Assembly: GCF_006345805.1 (NCBI RefSeq)
Contig: NC_043003.1
Coordinates: forward strand, 25,110,001-25,174,000
Source: Octopus sinensis
Lineage: Eukaryota
DNA: 64,000 nt
Reading direction: 5' to 3'
In this document: piece by piece, positions 63,466 through 64,000 of the stretch
Position numbering within the stretch: position 1 is the stretch's first letter
Layout of the letters: the number at the start of each line of letters is the position of its first letter
Program-made: the position numbers and the translations under genes
The notes under the pieces: generated by a model
What the model was told of the DNA's origin: nothing
The model's input: only the letters and a program-made list of their open reading frames with translations
The model's database searches: none

Positions 63466-64000
63466 GTACGTAATACAACTTAAAAATTAAAAACTTTATT
63501 CTTTCTGTGTGCCCGGCACTAAATGAACCACGGCCGGCTAGTTGGGGGCCTTGTTTAATGGGATTCTGTATCATCAATGTTACAATAGAGTCATATTTAT
63601 CGACAGCTCTTCCCTTCCCATTGAGGAGTGTCAGCTGTTAGTCTAGTGTTTGTAGACACCCTTTACATATGAGTGAATAATAACTGAGTGATGTCATAGA
63701 CGGGTGATGTTAAATTTGAAAACTTTTTTTTTTTAATATATTAATGATCGGAAGTGGGTAGGGATGAATGTACTGAGGGATGGGTAGCTGGATGGTTGGG
63801 TGGATGGATGAATGGGTGGATGGATGGATGAGTGAACAGATGGCTGAACAGCTGGGTGGGTGGTTTGATTGATGGAAGGATTTGCAGATGGATGGGTGGA
63901 TATAAAAGAAGATCGATGGCGAAATGATAGGATGGAGTGGGGGATGAATCGATGGGCGAATGAATAGATGGATTGATAGATGAATGAGTTGATGGATGGA

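Overview
AT-rich, repeat-saturated eukaryotic DNA. The microsatellite density and tRNA-derived SINE families look like an Octopus (coleoid cephalopod) genome; this is my recognition, not a database result. I found no host protein-coding gene, rRNA or CRISPR array, and most ORFs in the track are translated microsatellites. The window holds decayed retroelements: two Tx1/L1-like, three R4/Dong-like RLE, one 3.7-kb CR1, one RTE and three Penelope-like (PLE) fragments. It also holds three mariners, hAT and Helitron-like derivatives, a tRNA-Phe pseudogene and more than 35 SINE copies. Family labels A, B, C and E are my own. The strongest leads are: (1) seven PLE-type hammerhead ribozyme motifs, including a canonical one inside a 602-bp terminally redundant unit and variants in which the core 3-8 pair covaries (U3-A8; G3-C8 with G17); (2) a 2.7-kb array of about 37.5 copies of a 71-bp SINE tRNA-head (A/B box) unit inside one SINE; (3) LINEs sitting in family-specific microsatellites, three times inside the internal microsatellite of SINE family A. 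Coordinates were counted by hand and element ends may be off by several bases. No folding or searches were run.
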